NCBI GenBank assembly: GCA_934621385.1
Contig: CAKTUI010000003.1
Coordinates: 17,998 to 81,997 of the forward strand
Source of the DNA: an uncultured Kiritimatiellota bacterium
GTDB lineage: Bacteria; Verrucomicrobiota; Kiritimatiellia; RFP12; UBA1067
Direction: 5' to 3'
Length of the DNA stretch: 64,000 bases
The notes below the pieces were generated by a model. It was not told the DNA's origin. It saw only the letters and a program-made list of their open reading frames with translations, and ran no database searches. Positions 52,354-62,276 of this stretch are shown piece by piece; the stretch's first letter is position 1; every line of letters begins with the position of its first letter. The position numbers were made by a program, and so were the translations under genes.

Positions 52354-53457
52354 ATGAAGGCCATTCAACTTGTCCCAGCCATGGAGGAGGGCGGTGTCGA
52401 ACGGTACACCGTCCTCCTTAATCGCATCCTGACAGAAGGCGGATGGGAGAATCTCGTTATCTCGGCAGGCGGCAAACTGGCTGCGGAAATCGAGCGGGAT
52501 GGCGGTCGTCATCGGGTTCTTGACCTCAAGTCGAAGAATCCGCTGACGTATTTTCTGCGCGCAGCCAAGTTGCGGCGCATCCTGATTGACGAGAAGCCAG
52601 ATGTCGTCTGCGCCCATTCACGCGTGCCGGCATGGTTGCTCGTCTGGTCAAGTCGGGGGTTGCCCGTGCGCTGGATGACATATGCGCATGGGGCGAATTC
52701 AATTTCCCGCTATTCGCGTGTCATGGTTCGTGGCGAACTGACAATGTGCCCTTCAACCTTCATCGCGGACTATTTGACTTCCGCCTATGGAATCTCGGCG
52801 GAGAGGCTGCGCATTGTGCCACACGCGGTGGATTCGACGAGGTTTAATCCGCAGCGTGTTGACCGTGCCGCCGTTGAGCGATTTCAGGCGGATTGGAAGA
52901 TAGGGCCGGACCAGTTTGTCGTGATGGCGATTGGTCGCATCACGCGGCTCAAGGGGTACGACGCGCTTATTCGCGCCATGGCGCGTGTGAAGTGTCCGGA
53001 GTGTAAACTCGTGATCGTCGGCGGGGCTGAACCAAGCAAGGAGTCCTATTTGCAGGAACTGAAGGCTCTCGTCAAGACGCTTGGGCTGGAAGCGTCGGTC
53101 GTCTTCGCGGGGGGGAAGTCGCAGATACCCGAATGCCTTGCCGTGGCAGATGTGCTCGTCTCGGCCAATACTCAGAAGCCTGAGGCGTTTGGGCTGTCCA
53201 TGGCCGAGGCACTGATGATGGGCAAGCCGGTCATTGCGAAGGCCTTCGGCGGAGCATTGGATATTGTGCGGGATGGTCGCGACGGAATTCTTGTTCCAGT
53301 GGAGGATGCGGAAGAACCGAGCGTTGCCTTTGCCGAGGCGATTGACCGTATTCGGGAAATGACATTCGGCGACCTTCGTCAAGAGGCCCGTAGGCGGTTT
53401 GATTTGGATGTCATGGCGCAGAAAACCCGCGCCGTTTATGGAGAGTTCTTGAAATGA
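52354..53457 (+). CDS. Glycosyltransferase family 4 (GT-B)
   Basis: GRITRLKG..LVIVGG..EAFGLSMAEALMMGKPVIA..G..DIV. Confidence 0.75.
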   Translation: MKAIQLVPAMEEGGVERYTVLLNRILTEGGWENLVISAGGKLAAEIERDGGRHRVLDLKSKNPLTYFLRAAKLRRILIDEKPDVVCAHSRVPAWLLVWSSRGLPVRWMTYAHGANSISRYSRVMVRGELTMCPSTFIADYLTSAYGISAERLRIVPHAVDSTRFNPQRVDRAAVERFQADWKIGPDQFVVMAIGRITRLKGYDALIRAMARVKCPECKLVIVGGAEPSKESYLQELKALVKTLGLEASVVFAGGKSQIPECLAVADVLVSANTQKPEAFGLSMAEALMMGKPVIAKAFGGALDIVRDGRDGILVPVEDAEEPSVAFAEAIDRIREMTFGDLRQEARRRFDLDVMAQKTRAVYGEFLK

Positions 53458-54572
53458 TACACTTCAATCGTCCGCATAAGACGGGCAAGGAACTTGATTA
53501 CATCAATCAGGCTATCGCCAATGGAAAGATTTCGGGAAATGGCGAGTTCACGGTTCGCTGCCAGAAGTTCTTTGAGTCGCGCTACGGTTTTCGCAAGTGT
53601 CTGCTGACGACGTCATGCACGGATGCGCTTGAAATGGCGGCCATTCTGACGGGAGTCGGGCCAGGCGATGAGGTAATCGTCCCTTCCTATACGTTCGTCT
53701 CCTCAGCCCTGGCGTTTGTGCGGCAGGGGGCCAAGATTGTCTTTGCCGACAGTCGTTCCGACGAGCCGAACCTGGACGCGGCAAAAATTGAGTCGCTGAT
53801 TACGCCGCGCACAAAGGTCATCGTACCCGTGCACTATGCGGGCGTGGCCTGCGACATGGATGCGATTATGGACATTGCGCGGCGGCATGGACTCCTGGTC
53901 GTTGAGGATGCCGCACAGGCCGTGGACTCGTTCTACAAGGGCCGTCCCCTTGGGGCAATTGGACATTTGGCGACATTCTCCTTTCATGAGACGAAAAACA
54001 TCATTTCCGGGGAGGGCGGAATGCTGGTCGTGAATGACGATCGCTTCATCCGTCGGGCGGAAATCATTTGGGAAAAAGGGACGAATCGCGCTGAGTTCTA
54101 TCGCGGCGAAGTGAACAAGTACGGGTGGGTCGATACAGGCAGTTCGTTCCTGCCGACCGAAATTGTCTCTGCATTCCTGTGGGCGCAACTTGAGCATCTG
54201 GATGAAATCCAGGCGGAGCGCAAGCGCATTTGGGAACGCTATCATGCCGCATTTCAGGGCGTTTCGGGTGTCAAGACGCCCTTCGTCCCGTCGTATGCAA
54301 CGAATAATGCGCACATGTTCTACCTGCTCTTTCCGAATCTTGCCAAGCGGACGGACTTCATTGCACGGATGCGGGCAGAGGAGATCCTGACGGTTTTCCA
54401 TTATTTGCCACTTCATTCCTCCGCTTTTTATCACGAGAAGCACGACGGACATGAACTCCCGAACTGCGATCGCTATGCGGATACGCTTGTGAGGCTTCCG
54501 CTTTACTACGATTTGGGAGCGGATCAGGATCGGGTGATTTCAACCGCCTTGAAGATTGTGAATTTGATATAA
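53454..54572 (+). CDS. wecE: dTDP-4-amino-4,6-dideoxygalactose transaminase (DegT/WecE family)
   Basis: Close to E. coli WecE along the whole length from memory (GKELDYINQAI..SCTDALEMAA..VPVHYAGVACDMD..FSFHETKNI). Confidence 0.85.
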   Translation: MIHFNRPHKTGKELDYINQAIANGKISGNGEFTVRCQKFFESRYGFRKCLLTTSCTDALEMAAILTGVGPGDEVIVPSYTFVSSALAFVRQGAKIVFADSRSDEPNLDAAKIESLITPRTKVIVPVHYAGVACDMDAIMDIARRHGLLVVEDAAQAVDSFYKGRPLGAIGHLATFSFHETKNIISGEGGMLVVNDDRFIRRAEIIWEKGTNRAEFYRGEVNKYGWVDTGSSFLPTEIVSAFLWAQLEHLDEIQAERKRIWERYHAAFQGVSGVKTPFVPSYATNNAHMFYLLFPNLAKRTDFIARMRAEEILTVFHYLPLHSSAFYHEKHDGHELPNCDRYADTLVRLPLYYDLGADQDRVISTALKIVNLI

Positions 54573-54573
54573 T
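54565..54573 (+). promoter_or_regulatory. Extended -10 promoter (TGATATAAT)
   Basis: Overlaps the wecE stop and lies ~55 nt upstream of the ATG at 54627. Confidence 0.4.
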
Positions 54574-54626
54574 ACGCGGTGTTACGGTGATGCCGCGCTT
54601 AACTGAAAACGAAAGGAAAACAGCAA

Positions 54627-55007
54627 ATGAAGAAGTTGATTATTGCGATGTGCGCAGTGGCGTTGGGCCTTGCGGCTCCGGCGGCCTGCACATGGGACTG
54701 GTGGTTCGGCAATGCGGACAAGGACATCCAGGGATGTGCGCTTGGTCTCGGTTCTGCCAACAAGGATGTTGTCGGTGCCCAGATTAGCGTTTGTGCCTCG
54801 AAGGCCGAGAACGTGAAGGCGGGCTGCCAGGGTGCAATCGGCTACAGCGAGGTGAAGACCCTCCGCAACGGTGCCCAGTTCGGCTTCGTTACCAAGGCCG
54901 ACAAGGCGGCACTCCAGTTCGGTCTCGTCTGCTTCAACAAGGGTGGCTTCCTCCCCTGGTTCGTGTTCTTCAACTTTGACAAGTCGATGTTTGGCGCGGC
55001 CAAGTAA
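54627..55007 (+). CDS. Small lipoprotein or secreted hypothetical protein
   Basis: Signal MKKLIIAMCAVALGLAAPAAC. Repeated G-x-Q-F/I-G/S segments. No family assigned. Confidence 0.5.
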   Translation: MKKLIIAMCAVALGLAAPAACTWDWWFGNADKDIQGCALGLGSANKDVVGAQISVCASKAENVKAGCQGAIGYSEVKTLRNGAQFGFVTKADKAALQFGLVCFNKGGFLPWFVFFNFDKSMFGAAK

Positions 55008-55080
55008 AGGCGAGGCGAATAGCTTGCCAATGGTGCGGACGAAGGGGGCAACCCTCCGTCCGCATTCTGTTTTGGCGTGC

Positions 55081-55140
55081 GCGATTCGTCATAATAGTGT
55101 GCACCATGCCGAGATGGGGCACACTATTATGACGAATCGC
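55081..55140. repeat. Perfect 22-bp inverted repeat (GCGATTCGTCATAATAGTGTGC-n16-GCACACTATTATGACGAATCGC)
   Basis: Read directly. Followed by an A8/T-rich stretch, so it could act as a terminator for 54627-55007. Confidence 0.7.
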
Positions 55141-55168
55141 GGTGCACAACAAAAAAAACTTTTCCCCA

Positions 55169-55197
55169 TTGACGCAGGCAGAGGAAAAGAGTATAAT
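55169..55197 (+). promoter_or_regulatory. Sigma70 promoter TTGACG-17-TATAAT for tRNA-Pro
   Basis: -35 at 55169-55174 and -10 at 55192-55197; the tRNA starts at 55237. Confidence 0.6.
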
Positions 55198-55236
55198 ACG
55201 CGCCGTTTTCCGTTGCTTAGGCGGAAGATATCGTGT

Positions 55237-55313
55237 CGGAGCGTAGCGCAGCCTGGTAGCGCGTTTGCTTCGGGAGCAAAAGGCCGAGGGTTCAAATCCC
55301 TCCGCTCCGACCA
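55237..55313 (+). tRNA. tRNA-Pro (anticodon CGG), CCA encoded
   Basis: 77-nt cloverleaf read by hand: CGGAGCG/CGCTCCG acceptor, anticodon loop TTCGGGA, T arm GAGGG-TTCAAAT-CCCTC. Confidence 0.9.
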
Positions 55314-55420
55314 TTTCAATTGCGCATAACTGCGCGGAATGTGACGATAAAACGCAAGATTGCCGTCTTGCCAACGCAACACCAATCGGCCCCTGTCAAA
55401 GCCTATTAGGGCACCTGTCA

Positions 55421-55600
55421 ATGTCCAAAGGCAACGAAAAGAGGGTCGCAAAACGGCCCAGGAACGGCTTGCGCGGCCACGGCTGCGTCTATGTCAACAA
55501 CGCGGCTACTGGTACATCTCCGTCCGACTCCCGGGCGAACTGAAACGCCACAAGCGACCACTCTACGCCCCTGGCTCCGACCGCCCCAAACCAAGTCCGA
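55421..55600 (+). pseudogene. Possible tyrosine-integrase N-terminal remnant (frameshifted)
   Basis: MSKGNEKRVAKRPRNGLRGHGCVYVNN, then in another frame RGYWYISVRLPGELKRHKRPLYAPG. This is the typical G-VY..G-WY..LPG integrase N-terminus next to a tRNA 3' end. No catalytic domain. Confidence 0.35.
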
Positions 55601-55734
55601 ACCCTTCCCTATGGGTTACGCATCCCTCGACCTTTAGGTTGCGCAACCTAACACCACCCAATTTCCGCATTTCCCCAAGAAAAAGCGCGGCAATTCCAAA
55701 TGAACGACGAGGCAAATGGGCTTCACGAGGGAGT

Positions 55735-56826
55735 TTAAGCCATCGCTCCGTCAATAACTGCGCGAAAAGCGCGATGAAATACTGCGGGCGAAAAGCGGGC
55801 CGCATTTTCCCGACAATCCTCCGCCTTCCACCGCTTCGCCTCAAATTCCTCCATCGCCTCGCACAGCGAGTCAACGGACTGCTGCCGGAAGAAAAGACCC
55901 GTTTCTCCAGCGACGACCGTCTCCCGCGCACCACCCACACCGTAGGCGATGACGGGCGTACCAGCCGCCTGCGCCTCAAGCGGGACAATACCGAAATCCT
56001 CCACTCCCGGAAAGAGGAGGGCGCGAGCCTCGGTATAAGCACGGCGCAAATCCTCATTGCTGACGCGTCCAAGGAATTCAATGTTGGGGCTCCCCTCCGC
56101 CAAGGCCCGCAAGTGCTCAATCTGCTCACCCGAACCGACAATCTTCAACTTCCGATTCATCTTCAGACAGGCCAAAAGCGCGATGTCGGGGCGTTTGTAG
56201 GAAACAAGCTGTCCCGCCAGAAGATAGCCGTCCCCCCGCGCATCAGAAATAGAGTGCGAGAAGAAGTCAAAGTCCACCATCGGATAGACGACCTCGGCCA
56301 AACGCCCGTAGATGCGCTGAATACGCTCGGCGACAAAGTGCGAATTCGCGACAAACACATCGACCGAATCGGCACTCTTCAGGTCCTCGCGCCGCAAGTA
56401 GTCACGAAATATCCGCATGGCGATTTTGCCACTCACCCCCGCCATGCGGTAGTAGTCCTCGTACAAATCCCACAGATAGCGCATCGGCGTATGACAGTAG
56501 CAGATATGCCGCGCCCCCCTTGGCTTGCGAACACCTTTAATCGGCCCTGACTCACTGGAAATGATGAGGTCATAACCATCAAGTTTCAGAGACCGACTCG
56601 CAAGCGGCATCAGCGGCAAATACGCCTGACACTTCGTTCGGGCGAACGGCAACCGACCAATGAACGACTCGGTCACACGCCGCCCGCCAAACCATTCATC
56701 CATCACCCATGCATTGTAGGCGTGAGTGAAAATATCCCCCTGGGGGAACATTCCGCAGATTTCGCGGAAGACATTCTCTCCGCCGCGCCGATTCGTCAGC
56801 CAGTAGTGCAAAAGTGCCGTCTTCAT
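55735..56826 (-). CDS. Glycosyltransferase family 4
   Basis: EDFGIVPLEAQAAGTPVIAYGVGGARETV is a GT-B C-terminal motif. Confidence 0.75.
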   Translation of the reverse strand: MKTALLHYWLTNRRGGENVFREICGMFPQGDIFTHAYNAWVMDEWFGGRRVTESFIGRLPFARTKCQAYLPLMPLASRSLKLDGYDLIISSESGPIKGVRKPRGARHICYCHTPMRYLWDLYEDYYRMAGVSGKIAMRIFRDYLRREDLKSADSVDVFVANSHFVAERIQRIYGRLAEVVYPMVDFDFFSHSISDARGDGYLLAGQLVSYKRPDIALLACLKMNRKLKIVGSGEQIEHLRALAEGSPNIEFLGRVSNEDLRRAYTEARALLFPGVEDFGIVPLEAQAAGTPVIAYGVGGARETVVAGETGLFFRQQSVDSLCEAMEEFEAKRWKAEDCRENAARFSPAVFHRAFRAVIDGAMA

Positions 56827-56827
56827 T

Positions 56828-57871
56828 TTAAGTTCTCCTCATGAGGCAGTCTTCGTAAATCGCCCGCGTTTTTGAAACCATCTGATCAACTGAAAATTCC
56901 GTATTCACGCGAGCGAACAAGGCCGCCCCATAGCGAGCAACTGCCTCATCCGAATAATCAACGCGCAACAATTCGGCCAAAGCATCAACATTTTCAACAG
57001 GAAACAAGAGACCCGAACTACCGTCCTCAATGATGTCGCGATTGCCGGGGCAGTCGGACGCAATGACAAACTTCTTTCGCCGTCCAGCCTCGCAAAGCAT
57101 CAGCGGAAGGCCCTCCCACCGACTCGGGGCAATCACAATACGCCCACGCATCATGCAAGAAACCGCCTCTGGAATTTCACCTGCAAATACTACCAAATCC
57201 CCAATGCCCAGCACTCCAGCAAGTTCTTGCATCGCCTGAAACGTCTCGCCACCACCAATCAGCAGTGTCCGCCATCGACGCGCACGTAACTCGGACTGCA
57301 CCTTTGCAATCGCCCGCAACAAGACATCCTGTCCTTTTGGAAAATTAAAGCGTGCAATAGATATAAAAGCGTATCCACCCTGGCCAACCAATGCAGAGTC
57401 CCCCTCTCCATAAGCACACGACTCGGCCACGCCATTCGGAACAACGCAAACCCGCGTCTGAATATGATAAACGCGCAACAATGAGTCCGCATCCGTTTTC
57501 GTAAGAGCAATGATCCGAGCACACCTTCGATAAAGAAGTCGCTCCAGCATCAATCTCAGCGAGCGACGCACAAAGTTCGCCACCGTTTTCGGCAGAAAGT
57601 CATACTTACGCAGATGAATGCCGTGAACGGTGAAGACGATGGGGGCACACGGATGCCGCCAAGGACATTTGAAAAGTTGCACTAAGGCCCGCAAATGGTT
57701 AACATGAATGATGTCAGGATGCCACGCGTTGATAACCCGCGCCGAACATTCGCCACGCACCGAATAGAAGACGCGGCTTTCACAGGATGAACCAAGCCCC
57801 TCGGTCAACTGCCGCACATATTCGCACCCGCCACCAACAGTCGGTGCATCAAGCAAAAAGGCAATTCTCAT
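56828..57871 (-). CDS. Glycosyltransferase family 4
   Basis: GT-B layout; SRWEGLPLMLCEAGRRKKFVIASDCPGNRDII. Confidence 0.7.
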   Translation of the reverse strand: MRIAFLLDAPTVGGGCEYVRQLTEGLGSSCESRVFYSVRGECSARVINAWHPDIIHVNHLRALVQLFKCPWRHPCAPIVFTVHGIHLRKYDFLPKTVANFVRRSLRLMLERLLYRRCARIIALTKTDADSLLRVYHIQTRVCVVPNGVAESCAYGEGDSALVGQGGYAFISIARFNFPKGQDVLLRAIAKVQSELRARRWRTLLIGGGETFQAMQELAGVLGIGDLVVFAGEIPEAVSCMMRGRIVIAPSRWEGLPLMLCEAGRRKKFVIASDCPGNRDIIEDGSSGLLFPVENVDALAELLRVDYSDEAVARYGAALFARVNTEFSVDQMVSKTRAIYEDCLMRRT

Positions 57872-57878
57872 AAATGGC

Positions 57879-59423
57879 TTAATCGTGATAAAGCCGAACA
57901 GGCATCCGACTCATGCCAATAGACTCCAAAATATAGTTGATCGTTTTCGATCGCACAGCCTTCGTCGCCATCCAGGACCACAGGATGCGTGGGTAGGTCG
58001 GAACCCAGTAGATCTTCCGCAAAAATCGAATCTTTCGGAATGCAACGGTCAGAAACTTTGTCGGCGTTGAATAAGCCTCTCTTGAGACAAGGTAATAGCC
58101 ATATTTTAGGATATTCTCATTCTGTGGACAGGCGAAAGACGGCCCGGTGAGATCTTGCAACAGTTCACCTTCAGTTCGCGGCGTATGGCAAAAACCGAGA
58201 CGGTAATAAAGCGACGCGCCAAGTAGGATAACCGACTTGCCCCAGTAGGCCGCCTCGGCCCCCATTGTCGAACCAAAGACAACCACCTTGTCCGCCGCTT
58301 GCATGAGATCGTATGTACTGTGATTGGATGTCGCGGGGAGAACTGTCAGATTAGAATATCGCTTGGGAAGTTCGTAAAGATCCGTATGATAAGTAAACTT
58401 TAATTTCCCGAGGTTTGGATGAACCCGAAGATAGACATGATAATCAGGACGATTGGCAAGCAACTCGCAAATCTTTGAGACTCCCTCCAATTGCGAACGA
58501 AACAACGAAAAACTATCAAACTTCGGATCGATTGAAGAGTACTCGTCCTCCGAACTGTTGAAAATCGCAATGTTCTTCTTCTTTGGATTCCAATCCTCCG
58601 GCATTTGCCCAGTCTTTTGCCCTTGGATAAATGTTCGCTGTTGTCCAGGATTCCATGCATCACCAGCCGGGACACCTCCACGCCTTTTTTCGTAAAACCG
58701 CCGTGCAACTCGTCTCTTCTCGTTAAGGCCAACGCCCTCCTGCGCCCAAAGGCATTCTGCAATCCGTTCATTTTCGTCAACATCGTGTGGAAGACAGTTC
58801 GGATAGACAATGCGTCGATAGATTTGCTCGCCAGATAGGCCTTGAACCAAGACGATTTCATTGCTCCGCATTTCAATGGATCCGATCCGGGCAAGATCAA
58901 GAAATGGACGAGCCTCCAACATTCGCCCATTATAAAGCGACAGGCAATCTGGATTGACAGACTCTACGGTAGCAGCCGCCAGATCGGCCATCCGAACGGC
59001 CTCTGACAGAAGAAAATCCATGTAGGCACGTTTTCTTGCCGTAAAGACCTCAATCAACTCCCGTGTCCAAGAGATGTAACTGGACAAGACACCATACCCA
59101 ATATTGATTCCGTGATAGTCAATGCTCTTGATATCAGATAAGGAGTTATACTGAAATTGGGCGACAACCCCTCGCCCTTGATGTTTCAATGGCAACAACT
59201 TCACACCCGGCAAAAGTTTCTTGAGATAGCGCCGTTGATAAAAGCGACAAACGAGGCAAGCAAGACGACTACCCAACGGATTATTGCAACAAACACGACA
59301 AGCACCGTCGCAATAGGCAAAGAAGACCTCATTCCCTTCAGCCAGTGATGACAAGGCCTCATCCACCATGATACGCCACGAAGGTTCCTGGAGGAACGAA
59401 GTTCCAATAACCAAATGTCTCAT
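57879..59423 (-). CDS. Capsule-biosynthesis-family-like protein (Capsule_synth-type)
   Basis: Start at ATG 59423 (ATGA overlap with the Wzx stop). Cys-rich N-terminus; C-terminal half YLRVHPN..VVVFGSTMGAEAAYWGKSVILLG. Low GC. Confidence 0.4.
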   Translation of the reverse strand: MRHLVIGTSFLQEPSWRIMVDEALSSLAEGNEVFFAYCDGACRVCCNNPLGSRLACLVCRFYQRRYLKKLLPGVKLLPLKHQGRGVVAQFQYNSLSDIKSIDYHGINIGYGVLSSYISWTRELIEVFTARKRAYMDFLLSEAVRMADLAAATVESVNPDCLSLYNGRMLEARPFLDLARIGSIEMRSNEIVLVQGLSGEQIYRRIVYPNCLPHDVDENERIAECLWAQEGVGLNEKRRVARRFYEKRRGGVPAGDAWNPGQQRTFIQGQKTGQMPEDWNPKKKNIAIFNSSEDEYSSIDPKFDSFSLFRSQLEGVSKICELLANRPDYHVYLRVHPNLGKLKFTYHTDLYELPKRYSNLTVLPATSNHSTYDLMQAADKVVVFGSTMGAEAAYWGKSVILLGASLYYRLGFCHTPRTEGELLQDLTGPSFACPQNENILKYGYYLVSREAYSTPTKFLTVAFRKIRFLRKIYWVPTYPRILWSWMATKAVRSKTINYILESIGMSRMPVRLYHD

Positions 59424-60661
59424 CTTGCGACCTCCTTGAGTAACTTCAATCCATAGCAAAGGCGAACGACTAACTCAACCGCCATTGACAACATATTCGC
59501 CCAGGCCGCCCCCCAAAGCCCAAACCTTGGGATAAGAACGGCATTGAAGGCAATGACACTACCAACCGCCCAAAGCGAACTATAAAAGAAATACTTACTT
59601 TTTCGCGAAGCCGCATACAAGGCTCCAATGGAACCAGCCAACACCGAGAATCCCGCTCCAAGCGAAAGCAATGGAATAAACTTCGAAACCGAATAATATT
59701 CTGGCCCAACAAGAAAACGCATGAAAAAGGTCGAACCAACCGTTAATACCAATACAACTGCAATGACACCGCAAGCCAAAATGCCAAAGAAACTCCAAAA
59801 ATACCTGACAAATCCAGGCTCCCGATACTCTTCGAGAACCGAAATCTGCCACGCATTCCCTATGACGCTCCACCCCACACCTAAGATAGAGGGCAATTTG
59901 ATGGCCGCCGCGTAAAAACCCACAGCAGCAAGCGAACAATACCTTTCAAGAAAAGGACGATTGAGTCCCGTCAAGGCCCACCACATAACGGCTGTTGGCA
60001 CCAGCGGAATCGCATATTTCAACAGGTTGACAAGACTTGCCCGCGAAAAGGCCCCATGTCGGAAATAGTGCCATAGACGCGCCCCCAACAACGAGATGAC
60101 AATTCCTCCTGCAAAACCTGCGCACTGAATAAGTCCCAATACGCGCCCGGTGGGATAGGCGGGGATAAGCCAGATAGAAAGCAACACGACAATCAGCGTC
60201 AATCCCAAACCCGAAAGCGCATAGGTGACCATTCGGTCTACCGCACGGCAAAATTGCTGAAGATACTGGTGCAGACCATTCAAGAACAAGACACTAACAA
60301 TCAAGCCACTGTATTGACGAAAAAAAGCCCCCCGCGAGAAGAATCCACTGACGACGAAGATGCCAAGCCCACAAACGATATAACTCCCCAGCAAAAAAAC
60401 AAGCCCAGAGGAGAAATGTTGCTGCTGACGGGAATAGGTCTCTCCCTTGGGGAAGACAAAAACAGCGTCCTGTATCTGGCACGTCACCAAGCCAAGAAGC
60501 ATCGTCGCATAGGTGACAATCAAGTCTGACACGCCGTACTCAGTTGGTCCAAGATACCGTGTATAAAAAGGCAACATCAGGAACAAAAGCAATTTGCTTC
60601 CCGCGTTCCCGACAAAGACAATTCCCGTGTTCTTTAAAAGCCGCGTATACTTATTCGCCAT
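59420..60661 (-). CDS. wzx: Polysaccharide/O-antigen flippase (Wzx, MOP family)
   Basis: Start at MANKYTRLLKNTGIVFVGNAGSKLL; ~12 TM helices. Confidence 0.6.
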   Translation of the reverse strand: MANKYTRLLKNTGIVFVGNAGSKLLLFLMLPFYTRYLGPTEYGVSDLIVTYATMLLGLVTCQIQDAVFVFPKGETYSRQQQHFSSGLVFLLGSYIVCGLGIFVVSGFFSRGAFFRQYSGLIVSVLFLNGLHQYLQQFCRAVDRMVTYALSGLGLTLIVVLLSIWLIPAYPTGRVLGLIQCAGFAGGIVISLLGARLWHYFRHGAFSRASLVNLLKYAIPLVPTAVMWWALTGLNRPFLERYCSLAAVGFYAAAIKLPSILGVGWSVIGNAWQISVLEEYREPGFVRYFWSFFGILACGVIAVVLVLTVGSTFFMRFLVGPEYYSVSKFIPLLSLGAGFSVLAGSIGALYAASRKSKYFFYSSLWAVGSVIAFNAVLIPRFGLWGAAWANMLSMAVELVVRLCYGLKLLKEVAR

Positions 60662-62276
60662 ATTTCCGATTGCGTCTCGAAAGGATCCACAGCAACAGGA
60701 CAAGACCCAAAAGCCAAAAGAGGATCAACCCCTGACGTACGCTCCGCCAAGGCCAAAGCATCAGACCATAAAGTAGCGTATAGCTATAGACAATCTTCAA
60801 AAGGTTATAGGCAAGCGTCCCTGGACTCATAAAAGCGAAGACCAAGCCCGCGGCCAAAGCCATCACAATACAGAACAACATCGCTCCCCATTGAGGATAA
60901 TCCAGAACAATGTGGCCAACCATCGTCTTAAATTCGCCCGAATAGCAATCAGCAAGTTCACGATAGATCGATCGCGGCCATTCGTACGGATTGGCGAGAT
61001 GAAGTCCTGTATAGACTTCTTTCGCCGTTTGCGTCATGCTCGTGCCAGCAACAAGATCGACAACCTTAACAACAGGGCCCAGGGTTAGCGCCCCACGCAA
61101 ACATGGCAAGCCCTTCTCATATCGTGCAACATAATCCGCATTGAATGAATAGGCCCCCGTGCAAAAATATGAAAAAGAGCTATAAAACAAGCCTTCCTTG
61201 TTACTCCCCTTCGCGACAACCGTCCTCATCGATCCGCCATCTGTTCTGACCTTGCCGTCCTTCTTCGCGACGACTGGCTTCGTCGTTCCGTTGCCTGCAA
61301 CAGCCTTGCCGTCCTTCTTCACGACGACTGGCTTCGTCGTTCCGTTGCCTGCAACAGCCTTGCCGTCCTTCTTCACGACGACTGGCTTCGCCGTTCCGTT
61401 GCCTGCAACAGCCTTGCCGCTCTCCTGCACGACGACTGGCTTCGCCGTTCCGTTGCTTGCGATGACCTTCTTATATTCCAAGGGAGCCAATGCGGGCACG
61501 AAACGTAGCACCGTAATCAAGACAAACGGCAACACCGTAACAGACAGGAAACAAACCATTTCCGGACGAAAAAAAATACGCACGAACCATAACCGCCCAC
61601 ACTGACCAAAAGAGGAGCCAAGCACAACAACTGCAAGCCCATAGAAAAAGACCATTTGAAACGCAACATTCCGGGCAACTATGGAATACGACCAAAAGGC
61701 TGGCGCCAATCCCCCAATACAAAGAAGAACATTTACGAATCTAAACCGAGAGAAGTGCACCAGTCCAACCGCCGCAAGGAAAAGTGCGCAATAGGAAAAA
61801 CTCTCCAAGATGAAGCACAATTCCTGTACGCCCCCAACTTCCTTTATCGCATATGCACGACGATATGCCTCTCGCGACATTCCCGATGTTGCATAGGTAT
61901 ATAATCCCTTTACTCCAATCCACAAATCATACAAGGACACAGGAAGCGTCACAACAATTAATGCAGTCGACAGGACAAGGAACATTCGGGTGGACAACTC
62001 GCACGGAGGGCCCGACTTTGCCCTCTCTCGTTGCCGCTTAACAAACAGTAGAGGCAGACATAAAATGCCGTAGGCCACTCCAAAGAATACCATCGCCGAC
62101 AGACTGACAAAGGGGCGCCCGCTTCGCGGATGAAGGTGAAGGAAGACTGCACACAGGAAATTAAGCGCAATCACTCCAAGCGTAAAGATTGACAACAGAC
62201 TTGTCTTGGATGCCCGTGCTATCACCAGGACCAAGAGTATCGTAATGAGACAAAAGGGAATCGCCTGATACCACAT
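60651..62276 (-). CDS. Polytopic membrane protein, O-antigen polymerase-like, with an internal 18-aa tandem repeat
   Basis: Start at MWYQAIPF (TGATG overlap with the epimerase stop). More than 10 TM helices. Loop with GKAVAGNGT(A/T)KPVVVKKD repeated. Confidence 0.4.
   Translation of the reverse strand: MWYQAIPFCLITILLVLVIARASKTSLLSIFTLGVIALNFLCAVFLHLHPRSGRPFVSLSAMVFFGVAYGILCLPLLFVKRQRERAKSGPPCELSTRMFLVLSTALIVVTLPVSLYDLWIGVKGLYTYATSGMSREAYRRAYAIKEVGGVQELCFILESFSYCALFLAAVGLVHFSRFRFVNVLLCIGGLAPAFWSYSIVARNVAFQMVFFYGLAVVVLGSSFGQCGRLWFVRIFFRPEMVCFLSVTVLPFVLITVLRFVPALAPLEYKKVIASNGTAKPVVVQESGKAVAGNGTAKPVVVKKDGKAVAGNGTTKPVVVKKDGKAVAGNGTTKPVVAKKDGKVRTDGGSMRTVVAKGSNKEGLFYSSFSYFCTGAYSFNADYVARYEKGLPCLRGALTLGPVVKVVDLVAGTSMTQTAKEVYTGLHLANPYEWPRSIYRELADCYSGEFKTMVGHIVLDYPQWGAMLFCIVMALAAGLVFAFMSPGTLAYNLLKIVYSYTLLYGLMLWPWRSVRQGLILFWLLGLVLLLWILSRRNRKYGE
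61251..61466. repeat. Four tandem copies of a 54-bp repeat inside the polymerase-like gene
   Basis: Copies of cttgccgtccttcttcacgacgactggcttcgtcgttccgttgcctgcaacagc lie at 61251, 61305 and 61359; the copy at 61413 is diverged. Confidence 0.85.
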
